Positions 1 to 13,408 of a stretch of DNA of 64,000 nucleotides are shown here, in pieces. The DNA is from Phyllosticta citribraziliensis (lineage: Eukaryota), in assembly GCF_038025025.1 (NCBI RefSeq), contig NW_027117354.1, positions 124,001 to 188,000 of the forward strand, in the 5' to 3' direction. The notes beneath the pieces are model-generated. The model saw only the letters and a program-made list of their open reading frames with translations, did not search any database and was not told the DNA's origin. The translations under genes were made by a program, and so were the position numbers. How positions within the stretch are numbered: position 1 is the stretch's first letter; each line of letters starts with the position of its first letter.

Positions 1-806
1 GTCCTCCAGGCGCTGATATGTGCCGACGAGCGTGGTAAGCGCGATGCTGTACTCCGAGACAAGTCTCACGAGCCTGAAATGGAAGTTCTGACAGAGACCC
101 TCAACGTGATAGTGAGCCTGAGTAAACTGGGCGCGCGACTTCACGAGTTCCTTGACAGCGTCCTTGCCGCGGGTCTCGATTGCGTGAGGGTTCTCGACGC
201 TCAGGATCTCCAACAGTTCCAGCTCACTCGCGATAGGCTTGATCTCTTGGGCGTACGTGTCAACGAGGGCACCCATGGTGGAGACCGCGTCACGCAACTC
301 ATGAAAGTGGGCTGTAAGGGCGTTTTCGCACATGTTGTAGGCGTGCGTCTGGGCGATGCTGTCGTTCATGATTTTGTCTGCCATCTCAGATGCAGCGTCG
401 CACCTTTCTGACTCGTAGATCTGCTTGAACATGTCGAGGGCGTTGTCGTACGAAGGCTTGGGGCTCCACATGATCTTGGCGAAATCGCGGTTGAGCTTTT
501 TCTGGCGGAGGGCGTCCATTATCTTGCCGTGGTTGGAGTTCGCTCTGTGCATGGCTTCTCGGCGGGACGAATCGCCTTCGTGAAGGAGGTTAAATACGGC
601 ATCAAACGTGTCGGTGACGACGGCGACGGCGCGACCGTTGCACTCTTCGATAGTTTTGGTGTATGCTTCGACATTGTCGGCGAGAACTTGAAAGTCCTCG
701 GGAGCGTTCATTCCCAGTTCCGAGATATTGGCATTCAATGTGTCCTGATAAATTCAGTGTCCAAGCCCAAACAACATGAGGAAAAAGGACGTACTGGATC
801 GGCCAT
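1..806 (-). CDS. Orphan alpha-helical protein, 3' end truncated by the window edge; paralog of the gene at 16879-17655
   Basis: Not in the ORF track. ATG at 806, exon 1 ATG GCC GAT CCA, intron 794-745 (GTACGT...TATCAG), then an open frame to position 1: DTLNANISELGMNAPEDFQVLADNVEAYTKTIEECNG...FTQAHYHVEGLCQNFHFRLVRLVSEYSIALTTLVGTYQRLED. Confidence 0.75.
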
Positions 807-1832
807 GGCGGAGCGTGGAGGCTCGAGGAGTTGTAAGGGTATTCTTCTGACAGGGTGCACTGGCGCACTCGTTGATTGAGACTGAAGAGTCGAAAGAGAA
901 TCGTGGTTTGTTTCCGTGGCGTGGGCGCAGAGAATGTGGCTGTTGACGAGAGACCGTCCGGAGGTATACAGGCGCACGGGCTATCGCCGTGCAAGCTGGA
1001 CGTTGAATTGATAAGGATGAGATGGAACTTGGAAAAGATAACAGTGGCTCCGGAAGGTGTAAGTTTTCTGATTTTCTGTGTGGCCTGCGCCAAAAGTGAG
1101 TGAAAATTAACACTTCTATTTCACCTCGACCGCCCGTGATACAGTGTGGTCGGCAACTCAACGCAACGCAATACACGCCTCAATTACGTCGCAATGTCCT
1201 TTACGCATTGTTTAGCCAATATAATAAAGATCAGATTCGGGGTGGGCCGGCGAAATGAACTGCCAAAAAGCTACTCAAGACTGCCCTTAAGTAGTTCGCG
1301 CAACTTGGCAACGCAGTTCAATCAACCAGGGGTATGTGATTGACTGATTGCCCAAGCCAGCAGGTGCCTCATGGATTGAATTGCGTTCCGTTGAGCAATT
1401 CAATTGCACAACTGGTTGAGTTGTCGTCCACACTGCCCGCGTCTGATGAATCTTCTAACAAACGTTAGACGCGAAATTCAGCCAGCCGAACGTCGCAGCG
1501 GTGCCTTTCTAGCGGTCAAACTTACCTCCGCAGTCACCTCGCTTCAACAACAACAACAACCTCCACTTCCATCCACCGCCATCTCTTCTCGCCCTCTGCT
1601 TGCCGCGCCGCGTCTGCTTTCCAAGGGCTTCCATTGCGCCTCTTCCTCGTACGCCACCCAGTGAGAACGCATGGTGCACTTCAAACTAACAGATGTCTCT
1701 CAAGCCAACGGCCAATCGGACGCAACGTCATCTCATCATCGTGGTGGAACACTACTGTCGCGTCCCCTCAATCGCTCTGCATTCGCTTTTATCGCCTCTT
1801 TCCCAGCGCTACCCCTCATCTTCTCGGACACC

Positions 1833-3241
1833 ATGGAAACTGATGTCATGGCCAAAAATACACCAACTCCGTTTCACACTGGCTTTTCGAGGCACAAGAC
1901 AGGCTACCTGAGGTGTATTTATGACGTCGTGGGGTTGCAAAACATAACCGACATCATCCCAGCATCTATTGCGCAGAAGAACCCGTCAGGAACTCCATAT
2001 GAGCTCTGGGAATACACTGAGGGGTTCATCAAACATCTTAAGTTTGTCTTGTTGGTTGAGAAAGACTTCGCTCGTGTTAGGAGACTCTTTGTCGACACTT
2101 TTAACAGGAACGCTAGTACCCGTCGTCGCTCCAGCGTTTCTGGAGTTCAAACAGTTGACATTGAAGAGGTGCACGAGGAGCTCTGCGAAGAGAAAGAAGT
2201 CGACCATAGGGAAGTGGTTAAGCTGAGTCGTTCTACCGGTGCTTCCCTAGGCAGCGCAGGACGTGCACGAGGTCAGTCCCTTTTTGAATCATCTGGAATC
2301 GTCGAATCTAACCTTGAATAGGTCCCAGGCCCAAGACGAGGAAGAAGAAGAAGAAGGAGACTTCGGCGGAACAAAGAAAGCGGCGGACCATGGAGCGTGC
2401 CAAGCGTCGACGGGAGCGTTTAGCCGATGCTGCTATCCCGGACGACCAACAGTTGCCGACAGAGTCTTCTGAGGGGGAGCCTGCAGGGGAAAGGAGAAAG
2501 CGGCGGCGAGTGGAGCCCGCTAGGCGTCAACAGGACCGCTCAGCCACTGCCGTTAAGATGGAGATTGATGACCATCAGCTGTCGGTGGAGTCCCCTGAAG
2601 ACGACCAGCATCGTCTAACGACTGCTAGTCCGCTTGACAGCCACCAGCTTTCCGACGAACAGCAGGGCCCGACCCGTGCCACGCGCGGCCGCAAGCGTCG
2701 TCGCCTCAGCACGGCTACTTCGCCCGACGAACAACATTCGGCAGAGTCTTCGGACAATGAAAGGATTCTTGATGCTCTTCAGATGTATCAACGATCCCTG
2801 AACCGCATCACGGCCACTACGGGCGAAAGCCACCGGAACTTGAGCATCTCAAACAATGATCAGGGCCCAACCGTCGTCGCAACGTGCGACCGCCAGCACT
2901 GCATTAAAATCTCGTACGATGAGGAGGTCCCAAATGTTGCTACAGTCAATGGCCACCGATACTGGGGCACCTTGGATGATGAGCAGCGCTCGTCCCACAT
3001 TGCTACGAGACGCCACCGCCAGTACTGGGGGAGCTTGGAGGATGAGCAGCGCTCGTCGGAGCTGCCGAAGCGCGAACGGCAATTTGAGCTCCGGGCTACG
3101 CATGGCGGTGGATTTCGAGTGGTCAGCAGTTTCCCAGTCGACCCGATGTCGGCTGGCAATCATAGACGCCAGCCCCCAGCCGCAAGTCTTTCGCTTAAGG
3201 ACATGACGGCGGACATCCCCGAGTTATTTGTGCTCGTCTGA
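1833..3241 (+). CDS. Orphan two-exon protein rich in basic NLS-like clusters
   Basis: ORF 1671-2321 joins ORF 2390-3241 in frame through intron 2272-2321 (GTCAGT...CTAAC...TAG). The junction reads RARG-PRPKTRKKKKKETSAEQRKRRTMERAKRRRE. The start could be 1671 or 1833. Confidence 0.6.
2953..3060 (+). repeat. Two-copy in-frame coding repeat, period about 63 bp
   Basis: tactggggcaccttggatgatgagcagcgctcgtc versus tactgggggagcttggaggatgagcagcgctcgtc (YWGTLDDEQRSS / YWGSLEDEQRSS). Confidence 0.8.
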
Positions 3242-4655
3242 GGCCTGCTTGTCTGGGAAGCATTCGAAACATGACGACTTCTTGGTTCCCGGTTTCCGGC
3301 AAGGCGCGAGGATCGGGTGGACGACGACACCGGCGGTGGCAGACATTGTACGAGAGCGGACAAGCGGCGAAGAGCGATGCATGGGCATAGCTGGAGGAGT
3401 AATGGGATACGGCAGTGGTGCCTAGGTGCTTGAGAGGAAAAGAGACAGGCAGAGTCAACGATAGCTTCGTGTAGCAGGTGCTGTCCTACAATTCTTACTT
3501 GCTCTGAAGTCTTGAACGTGCTGGCCAGTGAAGTTGAGGCGCTTCCGCAAGTTCTCGCTAGCGGAGGTGGGTACGAGATTGACTCGATGGAAAGGTCAAG
3601 TGGCTTCGACGAGAGAGACGATGCAACATGAAATGAAGCTGATGGCATGGATGGACCTGCGGCATGCGAGTATTCGAGTCGGGGACGAGGCGTCGTCCGG
3701 GCGTGAGTGGAGCGAGCGACGGATCTGCCGGGCCGCGCGGGCCGAACACGGTCCGTCGCCGGACCCTGTCGCGGATCTTGACGTCAAGCTCTCTCGACTC
3801 ACGCCGTCAGCTGCACATCATTCATCTCCATCACCCGATCAGTACCAGGAACGCTTCACAGTTGTCTGGCTGTCAGCAATGCACCCCTACCGTCTACTGA
3901 ACGCGGACGAGCTGTGCTCTTCTCACAATCCGCCGCCAAAAAACCTTTTCCCGTGCGTCCGCTACCATCGCGATGGCCATCTGTATCCATCACCGCAGGA
4001 AGGGCTGAATGCCGGGTAGACTCTCGTAGGAGAGCTGATCGCTTGCGGTGGCAACATTCCAGCTCCCCAAACCCTCGAACCGGCTCTCCAGGCCCACAGT
4101 AGACCACAATGCGACGGCAATAGAGAAGAAATGTCCAAACACATTGAGAGGTGCGTCGCGAGCTGGAGAGGAAGCAAAGATGAGCTTGCCAGGTGGCCAT
4201 GACTGGGAAAGAATATTCTTGGCTTAGGAAATCCCTTGGAGTGGCAGAGATGGGCCAGATGGGTTGAAGTCGTCAGATTCTCTATGACACGCAGGCCGAT
4301 GTTGCTTTGTAGAATACGGTCGCTGCGGCCGGATACATCGAGCCGGTCTGAAAGAAGTCGAAGACCTTGGAAAGATCCAGTGGTATCGCTTTGCACCGGA
4401 AGCTTGCACCAGAGGCAGTCCAGTGTGGGCGCGGTTCTAGTTCATTGCACCAAACGCGAGCACCCGAAAGCAAGTACCGCCCGAAGCAACACCACCTGCC
4501 GCCGGAGCAACATGAAGCCGACTTCCCACGACACCTGGCAAAGAAAAACCTACCGCAAACTTGCCCTCTCCACAACACACTCTCTTCCACACCACCCAAA
4601 ATCCTCACCTCCAATCCTCACCACGAACCTCTCTCAACAACACATCCGTTTCACA

Positions 4656-5785
4656 ATGCCTTCGTACTCCATCATCCACGACCTCGGTGAGGTGTTCGCA
4701 AACCAACTCCAAAATGACTACGACCAGCACTTGGAAGCCACGTTCAAGCTCCATGCCCACGACATCCTTTCCGCGACTAACGACCAAGTTGGTGAGCGTC
4801 ATGGACGGTACGCTACCCAAAGTCGTCTTCGGAAACCTTGAGAACGTCCGCGCAGACAGGCTTGTTGCCAGAGAACTCGTCTCCATCTACAACGAAGAGG
4901 TGCGCTTGTCGGTCGCATCCGGCCAGTACCCGCCGGTCCTTGTCGCCCAGTACTTGGTCGACGCGCGCGGCGAGGCTCCCAGCCAGAGTGAGGTCGCCCA
5001 GATCCTTGAATACGTCGACATTTACCGCAACGTCGACCACCATTCCAGCACCGCCGTCGCCCAGTGCGTCGACACGGCCGTCAACACGCAGGGTTCTCTC
5101 GCCTGGAGCTCCGGCAAACGCCGCTACTTGAAGAATGGCGCCGCGTTTGACACTGTTAAGGACTTTGTTGTCAACTCTCGCTCCAAACTGCCCTCTGTGC
5201 CTGGAAACCAGACGCATTGGCGCGCATTTGCTAAATTCGCCTTCACTAACAATGCAAAGACTCTTTTCGAAGACGACTCCAAGCATCGCGGCCCCATGTT
5301 TGTCATGCATCTCGTCGAAGCCATTTGCGCCGCCTATTTCCCAGAGTACCGCATCCGCGGCTCCGTCATCTACAAGATCTGGCACATCCAGCAGACCTGG
5401 GTCGGAGAAAGGCTGTTCAACAGGATTGGACAGGGCAACATTTCGTCGGGCTTCGGTCTCCTCCATCGTCCCTGCCCGTGGGGTGTTCCTCAGCGTACTG
5501 CCGACATCTTGCACGTCCACCCCTGGGAGAAGTACACAGACAAAGCAGTCATGACTACCCAGCTCATTGGTATGTCTTTGTCACCGAGCTTCCTTTCTTC
5601 ACTAACTGGCTGCAGCAAACTACGAGAATGAGAAGGCCAAGGCCGAGAGGCGTGGCAACTTTCAGCGTGCGCAGGAGCTTGGCGCGCGTCTGAAGAATTT
5701 TGAGGAGCGTCGTGATAGGATCGTCGCCTCAAAAGCCACCAGCGCTGCCCCCAACAACCAAGACGAATTATTCAACTCGCATTGA
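4656..5785 (+). CDS. Hypothetical globular protein, possibly frameshifted near 4780 (candidate pseudogene)
   Basis: Coding-like frame from ATG 4656 (MPSYSIIHDLGEV) is out of frame with the long ORF (ATG 4801 onward). A clear 3' intron at 5570-5615 (GTATGT...ACTAAC...CAG) leads to a last exon ANYENEKAKAERRG...ELFNSH* ending at 5785. Confidence 0.55.
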
Positions 5786-6715
5786 CCGATATTTCTCCAT
5801 CCGACGGAATCTGTGTTGGCTTCCAACTAGGTACATACGGTCTGTCTTTGGAATAGACGAGAAATGGGTGTGCCCCAGGTCTGAGCGGGCTTAGCAGTCT
5901 TGGATTGTGCTGGACTGTCTGTTTTCGGCGTTGTTGCTAGTCCGGCAGCAATTTGCTTGGTCGTCTAACAGCGCCCAGGATAAATTCAGCAAAGGGAAGC
6001 ACTGATGCTACCCACCAACATGTGGATAGAAACGAAGTCTCATTGTCTACTCTGCCAGGTCTTGCTGTGTGTATTCCTGCTTTTGCTGTCCTTGTTCCGT
6101 TGTTGTCACGCTCCCAATCAGGCAACCTGAGCGAGCGCTGTTCGCGCCGACCTCACGTCGATGTCAACAGGCGTGGTTGGGTCAAGGTTCAGGCAAACCA
6201 GGGGCCGTGGCGCGGCTCACGTTGTCCCTTGCCGCCCTGCAGATCCAGCGCCACAAGCTTCTAATTCCAGTTAGGCCGTCGAAGCGCGTCCATCGGTGGA
6301 GCCAAGGAACACCAGAACGTCGGGCAAGATCGGACATGCTTCGACAACCACTGGTGTATAAGGGGACTTGCGAGGGCAAAACGCTTCGTGGTCTCTTTGT
6401 TCGTTCGGTATCGCGAACTGTTGATCTTTGCGAGCTCGCCGCGCCGAGCACGGCCGCAGAAACCAGCAAGATGACAACCGAGAAATCTGTGTCGCTACAA
6501 AGGCGCGCTTTGTCGGGAGAACGGTATTATTGATGCAAGCCCGCACGACCAAGCTCAACTCTAGCGCGAGTCAAGTCCATGCGAGGAGGCTCTTTTGTTT
6601 CTGTGCGCCAACTTGATCCATTTGCTACAACTCCTCTTCAGCTGTTTGCCCTCCCGACCGTTCCAAGACGCTCCTCAGCCGAAACGGCTCCAGCGTATGG
6701 CATTTTTGCTTGCAT

Positions 6716-7227
6716 CTAAGATGTACCGTTGTCCGGAAAGCCTGAGAGGACGCGCACGAGCTCCGCCCTGAGCTCCTCATGCTCCGCAACGCGATTATCC
6801 TCCTCATTAACGTCGGTCGAGTCATCGATAGGCTCATACTCGTCCACGCCCTCCTTGACGAGCTTGTAAAAAGCCTCATCAAGGCGAATAAGCTCAGCTA
6901 TACCCCTGGAGTTGGCTTCCGCTGCAGCCTTGTTCCACGCGTGAACTTTCCCATGAGTGTTAGCTTGTCCCGCCGGAACGGAAAGTGACTCACGCTTCGC
7001 AGCCACGTCTTCGATACTCTTGACAAAGTCCTTGAGAGCCTTGACTGGGGCCGATGACGCTTCGTACCGCTGAATGACTTCACGGCCTTGCTCGATGCAT
7101 TTGTCGACAACGAACATTTCAGGGACGTAGTCAGTCGACATCTCTTTGACCTGGTTGCAGAGAGCCCTGAAGTTGCCTTCAACCGTGAGTTGAAATCATC
7201 CACAGCATGGGATCTTTACTTACTCAT
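6716..7227 (-). CDS. Small three-exon orphan helical protein
   Basis: 4-nt first coding exon ATGA (7227-7224), intron 7223-7177 (GTAAGT...AAG), and in-frame intron 6993-6946 (GTGAGT...GCTAAC...AAG). Product MSNFRALCNQVKEMSTDYVPEM...ELVRVLSGFPDNGTS. Confidence 0.6.
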
Positions 7228-7869
7228 GGCAGCCGAAGCTTGCTCCGAAAGCATTTTGTAGGATGCGTCACAGGTTTTTGTGGAGGTGAGGTATGGGAGA
7301 TGTGTCGTAGGCAAGTTCTGCGACCGGGACAGCGCCACGGCACGTCTTAATTTCCATTGCCGCTGACCACTGCTCACGCGAAGACCGCTTCCCAGTTTTC
7401 GCCAGACGTTTGAAGTTCGCCGAGCCGCCCAATCGGGTTAGCTGGAAACGCAACTTCAAACATCTAATGGGATTGATCACAAACAGAACCCAGGTCTTTT
7501 GTTTCGAAAGGATGTGTGCCTGGCCCGCCCTCTAATGATAGAGTGTTCTATGTAGCTAGGCAAGCACAAACTTTGGTACACATCTGGAGCATCAAAGAGC
7601 AACGGTCTGGCTTCTCGCATCGGAGAGTCCTTTCGGCAGACTACCTCACCGGTTCGCGTGGAGGCATCCGACAAACGCCTCCTGTCCGCCCTTGACATGT
7701 TTGCGTCAGCGCCATACCGAAATCATTCTCGTGTTGGCGAAGTGGACTGTCGTAAGCAATCACGTATACTTCATCACTCACGCCCAGCGGACAGATTGCG
7801 CCTGGACGCATGTTGGCTTTGAGGAGTAGCCCATGTACCATTGAATCTCCCTGAACTTTGAGACGGTTG

Positions 7870-8499
7870 TCAAGTCTCACTAAGATCTTTCCGCCCTTGT
7901 GTAGTCCACTCCGACTCCGCAAGAAAAGTGCCCTCTACGCTCCACGATTCTTCAAGCTTGGCGACTCGCTTTTCGAGGTCTATCACCATCTTTCTCGTAG
8001 ACTCCCGCTGTCTCGTCAACTCCTCGTCAAGCTCGGCAATGCGCTCGTCCTTCTTCATGATCTGATTGAGAACTCGATAGGTGCCCCGGCGCAGAGCGCC
8101 CACGCGGTCGTAAAGTTCGAGGATCTTAGACTCTTGTTCCTCCCGGAGATTTGTATGGACCATTTCTTGATAGTCCACCCTCTGCAGCGCCTCTCTGAGC
8201 TCGCGTGCGAGCATGGCAATTTCCGACCTGTGCTCATCTTGTTCAGCTTCGAGGCTCCGAAATGTATCGTCCTTCTGCCGCAGCTGGTCGCTCTGCTGCT
8301 TGACCTGCTGCTGGAGAGCCAAGACTTCGGCCTGCAGCTTGGAAGTATCCATTGCGCCTTGGAAAATGGTCAATTGAATCGGTAACGGTGGGTGAGTCGC
8401 CATACCGGCCATGTTCGCTTGAGCGGGCAGAGTCTCGTCGGGCTGGACGGGCGCAACGGCCGTGGCGAGCTCGGGCGTGCGAATCTCTTCGTTGCTCAT
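7870..8499 (-). CDS. Orphan coiled-coil protein (209 aa)
   Basis: ATG-initiated ORF with a long heptad pattern (LQAEVLALQQQVKQQSDQLRQKDD...IAELDEELTRQRE...LEKRVAKLEE). Confidence 0.6.
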   Translation of the reverse strand: MSNEEIRTPELATAVAPVQPDETLPAQANMAGMATHPPLPIQLTIFQGAMDTSKLQAEVLALQQQVKQQSDQLRQKDDTFRSLEAEQDEHRSEIAMLARELREALQRVDYQEMVHTNLREEQESKILELYDRVGALRRGTYRVLNQIMKKDERIAELDEELTRQRESTRKMVIDLEKRVAKLEESWSVEGTFLAESEWTTQGRKDLSET

Positions 8500-8985
8500 G
8501 ATGCTACGGTTGTAAGCTGTGGTATTTGCAAACAGGTAATGCGAGGCTTACGTGTTGGGGGAGAATCTTTGCTGAGGTTCAAGCTCAGTGTGGATTGGAA
8601 GGCTGGTCGAAGTCGGGTGTTGGAAGGTTAAGGATTTTGGAATATTCGGTGTTGTCGACACTGTTGGCCCGCGGGCGCTTGGTATCGCTTACGATGGTGG
8701 ACAACCGGGAGCTGTGGCATATTCGTCACCCCGTCACCCTCCAAAATCCAGCTCCAAGAGGCTATTGTGTCTGTCATGTCTACCATTTCTTTCCCTACTT
8801 TGAAACGCAAAGCAGAAAATGAGCAATGTCCTGTTGCCAGATTCAAATCCTTCCAATTCGCTTCCCCGCCATCGCACTCAGTCCTCTTTTGCTGTTCTTG
8901 ACCACGCATGCCGCCTCAACCCTCCATTGCTTGTCCACCACTGCGCCCTTGAATACGTCCCCATGCTTGCCCATCGCTGGTACCC

Positions 8986-10003
8986 TCAACCCTGCAACTT
9001 GTGCACATAGATGACCGCCTGAGGGGTGTCCCTGTTGTACTCTAAGGGCGCATATGCCGAGACCTCACCTTCATCGTATCCGTCGGCAGACACATCGAAC
9101 AGCCCACCGAGAACCACCTTCTTCTTGCGGCGATGCATGCCGACGCCGAAGGCGACTGGCAGATACTTTTCTACTCGACGAAGAAAGAGAGAAGCGGACA
9201 AGTCCAGATCGAAGTCGTACGGCAGAATGAGAACGTCCGCCGCGCCAAAGTCGGAGCCAATGTTTTCACACAAAACGCCGGACGACTTGTCCAGGCTCTG
9301 CATATCCGGCCGCTTGATTTAGTCGAGGAAGCGGTGGTTGTTGTGGAAGCAGGCCAGGAGCTCAGGGTTGGGCGTGATGATGGGCAAGGCCACAGTGACA
9401 AATAAAGTGTCATTTGTCAAGCTTTGGCAAATCCGAGGTGACCGAGACGAAGATAGCCTGTTTCTTCCGAGCAAAAGAAAACAGAACAACGATGTTCTTT
9501 TTGAATTTGCAAATGCATGACGCTTCCGGCCAGACTGTCGTGATTGGAACAGGGTCGTTGTGGCAGTATCCTGGATCACCCCAGCGAGGATTGGAATGAA
9601 CCCGCGTCATGACGACCGCACCATTCTTCCAAATAGGGAGCTCCGCCCAGTCACAGTTAAAGATCTGCAATATGCCACGAGGACGGCGGCCAGATGCGAG
9701 GACCGCCTGGTTGTGCTTCGTGCGAAAGTCCAGTGGCCAGTACTTGGCCAATCCGAATGGAGTATAGATATTGCTGGTCCAGACCATCCACGCGACGATG
9801 TTGCTGAGAATAGCATACTTGGGTAAGTGACGCATGTTGTCTTGAGACCATTCGGGGATATAATGCCAGGTCTTGGGCTGTTCAGGGTCTCCGTTCTTGT
9901 CGCGTGGAGACCATCTGGGCACCGGCGAGTAGAAAATGTCGCTTTGCTTAGTGGAGTCGTCGTCTGCAAGGGTCAGCTTCAAACAGGACCCTAAGATATC
10001 CAC
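8986..10003 (-). pseudogene. Probable disrupted gene of unknown family
   Basis: The 197-aa ORF 10003-9410 continues after an apparent frame change near 9420, then through an in-frame TAA at 9321-9319 into ORF 9303-8986. Composition is protein-like throughout. Confidence 0.35.
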
Positions 10004-13000
10004 TCACCAGACGTATCCTAGCTGGAATGCTCCATCTTTGACTTTTTGGCTAGAGCGGGTTCGTCAGGCGCATCGCCAACTCTTTTGCCTTCACTATCTC
10101 CGACTGGGACCACAGGTCAAGGATCCATATTGCAGCGGACGGTGACAAGGGCAAAGGTAGGCTGCGAGAGGAGGAGGCGGCGTAGTGCATTCTTGAGGGT
10201 TATACGATGGGATTCGAGAGGGTGAAGCGGCGGAGAGGTAGAGGTCCACTCTGGGGGACGAGCCAACAGAGATTTGATGGATGATTGTTTGTGAATTGGC
10301 GGTGTTGTGCAGAGATAGTGTGTTGTCCCATGAACCAAAGCGAAGTGACGGCTTGTGAAGGCCCACCTGTGCGGGCGCACCTGCAAGTCCAAACCCTGCG
10401 GCACTGAACCAGAGTGCCCGGCTCATCAAGCAAAATACCGGTCTCGTGGACCCGTTGCAAGCCTGAAAGGGATCTCGGGGAGACCCAAAATGCACGCGTA
10501 AGCAATCTACAGGGCCAATTGTGAGCCAAGAGCTTTTCAGGTAATTCTTTCGTCATTTGTCGTCCGAAACAATCAGCACTCGCGACTTTTCAATCGGCTT
10601 TGAGCGAAGAAGATCGGTTGCTCTCGTGGCTCCTGGAAGCCGAGAAATCCGAACAAGAAGCAAATGGATGACCTCAGGGATAATGGTGTCGAAGAGTCAG
10701 TAGGACCTCAATACAACTTGCAAACATAGCCACCAGTCTTCCTCCTGGCTTTTACTTGTGTGACATTTCTACTCGCAATCCTGATAGAACGTTACGCAGC
10801 TGAACCAAAGCGCGGAGATGGCTTTTGGTGCTTGTGAAGCGATTCAGGTCAAGTGGGCTGCGCGATGGGGAGCATTCATGGGACGATCGAGTTACAGTCG
10901 AGCTGCATAACGTCCACGCAAAGGCTCTGCGGCATGATGCTGCAAAGGTTCTGGTCCGGGGCCTGGATGTTGGATCCGGGACCTCCTTTATGTACGCAGG
11001 CGAGCTTGCTGGAATGGGCTCGCTTGCGCGACGCTTGAAACATTGAAGGCGCTTCTTGAGGTGAGTCTCTGGCGGCTTGTCTGCCTGTCGCTCGTCTGCG
11101 AGCCGCTTGTTCCGGAATCACTCGATCGTCATAGCCTTATCAGCCGCCGAAGAAGGCAGAATTTCGTGGAAAAGATTGCGAAAGATCATGAAAAAGGACG
11201 ACGAAGAATCTCATGTAGCCAACTCGCGCCAAATCTTCTGAGCGGAGAACGGCAGGGTTGCGACAAGCGTTCCCCAGATCAACGCGGGCCGGACCGAGCC
11301 GGTACCCACTGGATCCCAGCCCAGGAACACCAGTCACCACATGCTCAGCGGCGCGCCTCTTGCGTCATGTCGATCTGGCTGGCGCCATTGAGGGTGAGCA
11401 GCGTCGGGCGTAACCTTTTCAAAGCAGAGTGGAGGAGACTGACATGTCGTACTCGGGTTTGAAGATGTGTACACCCACTACCAAGATGGTAGCATACTTG
11501 TCGTTTCAAGCCCGAGCTCCAATCCAGCAAAAATCTCCCATCGTATATACGAGTGTAACAGCGACGTGCTTTGAGCCGCACCGGAGAAGCAAAGGGCGTG
11601 TTTCCTTCGAGCCAACGCCGCACAATCGCAACGAGGCGCCTAAGTAGCGGGGGTTGCGGAGGTCACGGCGTCGGAGGAATGCGGGAGGCACGGCGGTGAG
11701 GTCAAGCTCTGCGTTGATGTTAGCGAAGGGAAGAATGTGAGGAAGTGGATAGAAAGAGTACCGTCTTGGTGCGCCGTCAATTGGAATGCCGTTCGGGACA
11801 CTCGAATTGAGGATACAAGTAGCAAATCCGGCCTCCGAGGTTCAGGCCCGTCTGCGCCACGTGGGTCGGAAAGACCGGGCCGGCCGAGGGGACGTCACCT
11901 CACATCGACTCGACCAATTTTCCCACACCACAGCAACCTCCACTCGTCGCTCGCAGGCGGAATTTTATTGTCGGCTTCGAGCTCCTCCGCCAGAGAGCAC
12001 AATGAGATCTTTCTTGGGCTATTCATCTGCCCATCTTTTCCCGAAGAAATGCAAACATCTGGGCCTGAAACAAAAGTCATTGTTTCTTCACTCTCAAATT
12101 CGTCTTCCCATGCTGACTCTCTTTCGCTCAGTCGACAGTTTCCGCGCTTCCGAACGTTGGGGAGCTAAGGGTCTGCCACGAAACTTCTGATTTGGAACCC
12201 GAGCGTGACCAGTCTGCTCTCTTGAGCTTGCAGAAGAGTGCAGAGCGGTCATAAGTGGCGAGCTCCGTCCCAGCTAGCAGCTTGTGCCCAGTCGGCTGGG
12301 TCTCCCAAGCAACTTTCATTCATGGCGCGCAGTTCCTCATATCCGGGCTCCTCCTGATCAATTAGCCCTTCTTTGGCCAAGCAAGTGATGTTCAGGCGAA
12401 GTTTTGGCTCAACGAGCTCCTCCGCGACTCCAGACTCCTCAGATCGCTCTTCCTGAGCTGCGCGAGCTTACTCTGTGACGGTGGCCTTGCGGTGGCGATC
12501 CGCTTGAACGGCGTGCTCACCTCCGGTCGACATGAGCCCCTCTTCAGCCATCACTTCGAGGCGTTGAACCTCGGCAGCGCCCGCGTCTTCGGTGGTGTGA
12601 GAGTATTGGTTCAAGGCACCCGGGTCGAGGCGGCGAGCGTCGTAGTCGCCCCGCACATTGAAGACTGCATCATTCTCGTCTTGAGGACAGCGAGCTACTT
12701 GGAGGGCTTGGTTGGGGGTGTGGTGGAAAAGAGCGTCGAATAATTGGTCGTCGCCGGAATCACGACTGGCAAACGGACGTTACCTCCGAAAGACTTCCGT
12801 TGTCCTGGTCGTGATGGGGCATCTCCGTCGGTGCATGCAGCGGAAAGGAGGCGACAAATTCGAGTAACAAAGTGACCGTCATCAATTCGCAGCGGGAGTT
12901 GATGCTCCTGGACGCATGCGATGAGGTGGGAGTGAGATCAAGATCGATCATGGAAGAGAGAGGAGCGTGTTGCGAAACCGCGATCCTTCTGGGTGGATCC

Positions 13001-13370
13001 TGACCGAGTTGTGCTAATAACCGCATCTGTGGCTGTGCCCTCTCCAACACTGCGGACCCCCACATCTTCTCGACAACAACATCCGCTTTCACTTACCACC
13101 TGAACATCAACGCGGCAACGATCTCCACTTGCTCTCGCTTCTCTTCTCTGTGTGTAATCCAAAGAAAATGCAAAGCGCACTTCAAACTGGCAAGCCCTTT
13201 CTAGTCGACGCCCGAGCACGTCCGCCACAGCCTTTTCCATCCACGTTATCAAAGCATCGCAACAAATCGCCTGAGGGGGAAATTGCCTTGCCCTTCTTTT
13301 CCGCCTTCAGCCTCACTCGAAGCAACACAAAATTACAATGGTCTTTCAGGGCCGAGGTAATCAATACTCA

Positions 13371-13408
13371 TACATGAAATCATACACAGTACATGAAATC
13401 ATACACAG
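13371..13408. repeat. Perfect 19-bp tandem duplication
   Basis: tacatgaaatcatacacag at 13371-13389 and 13390-13408. Confidence 0.9.

Noticed and set aside
79..879. Plus-strand ORFs 79-411 and 529-879
   Set aside because: Antisense shadows of the spliced minus-strand gene at 806-1.
11950..12760. Charged coding-like fragments on the minus strand (similar ones at 18200-18650)
   Set aside because: Multiple stops and frame changes; no gene model could be built with confidence.
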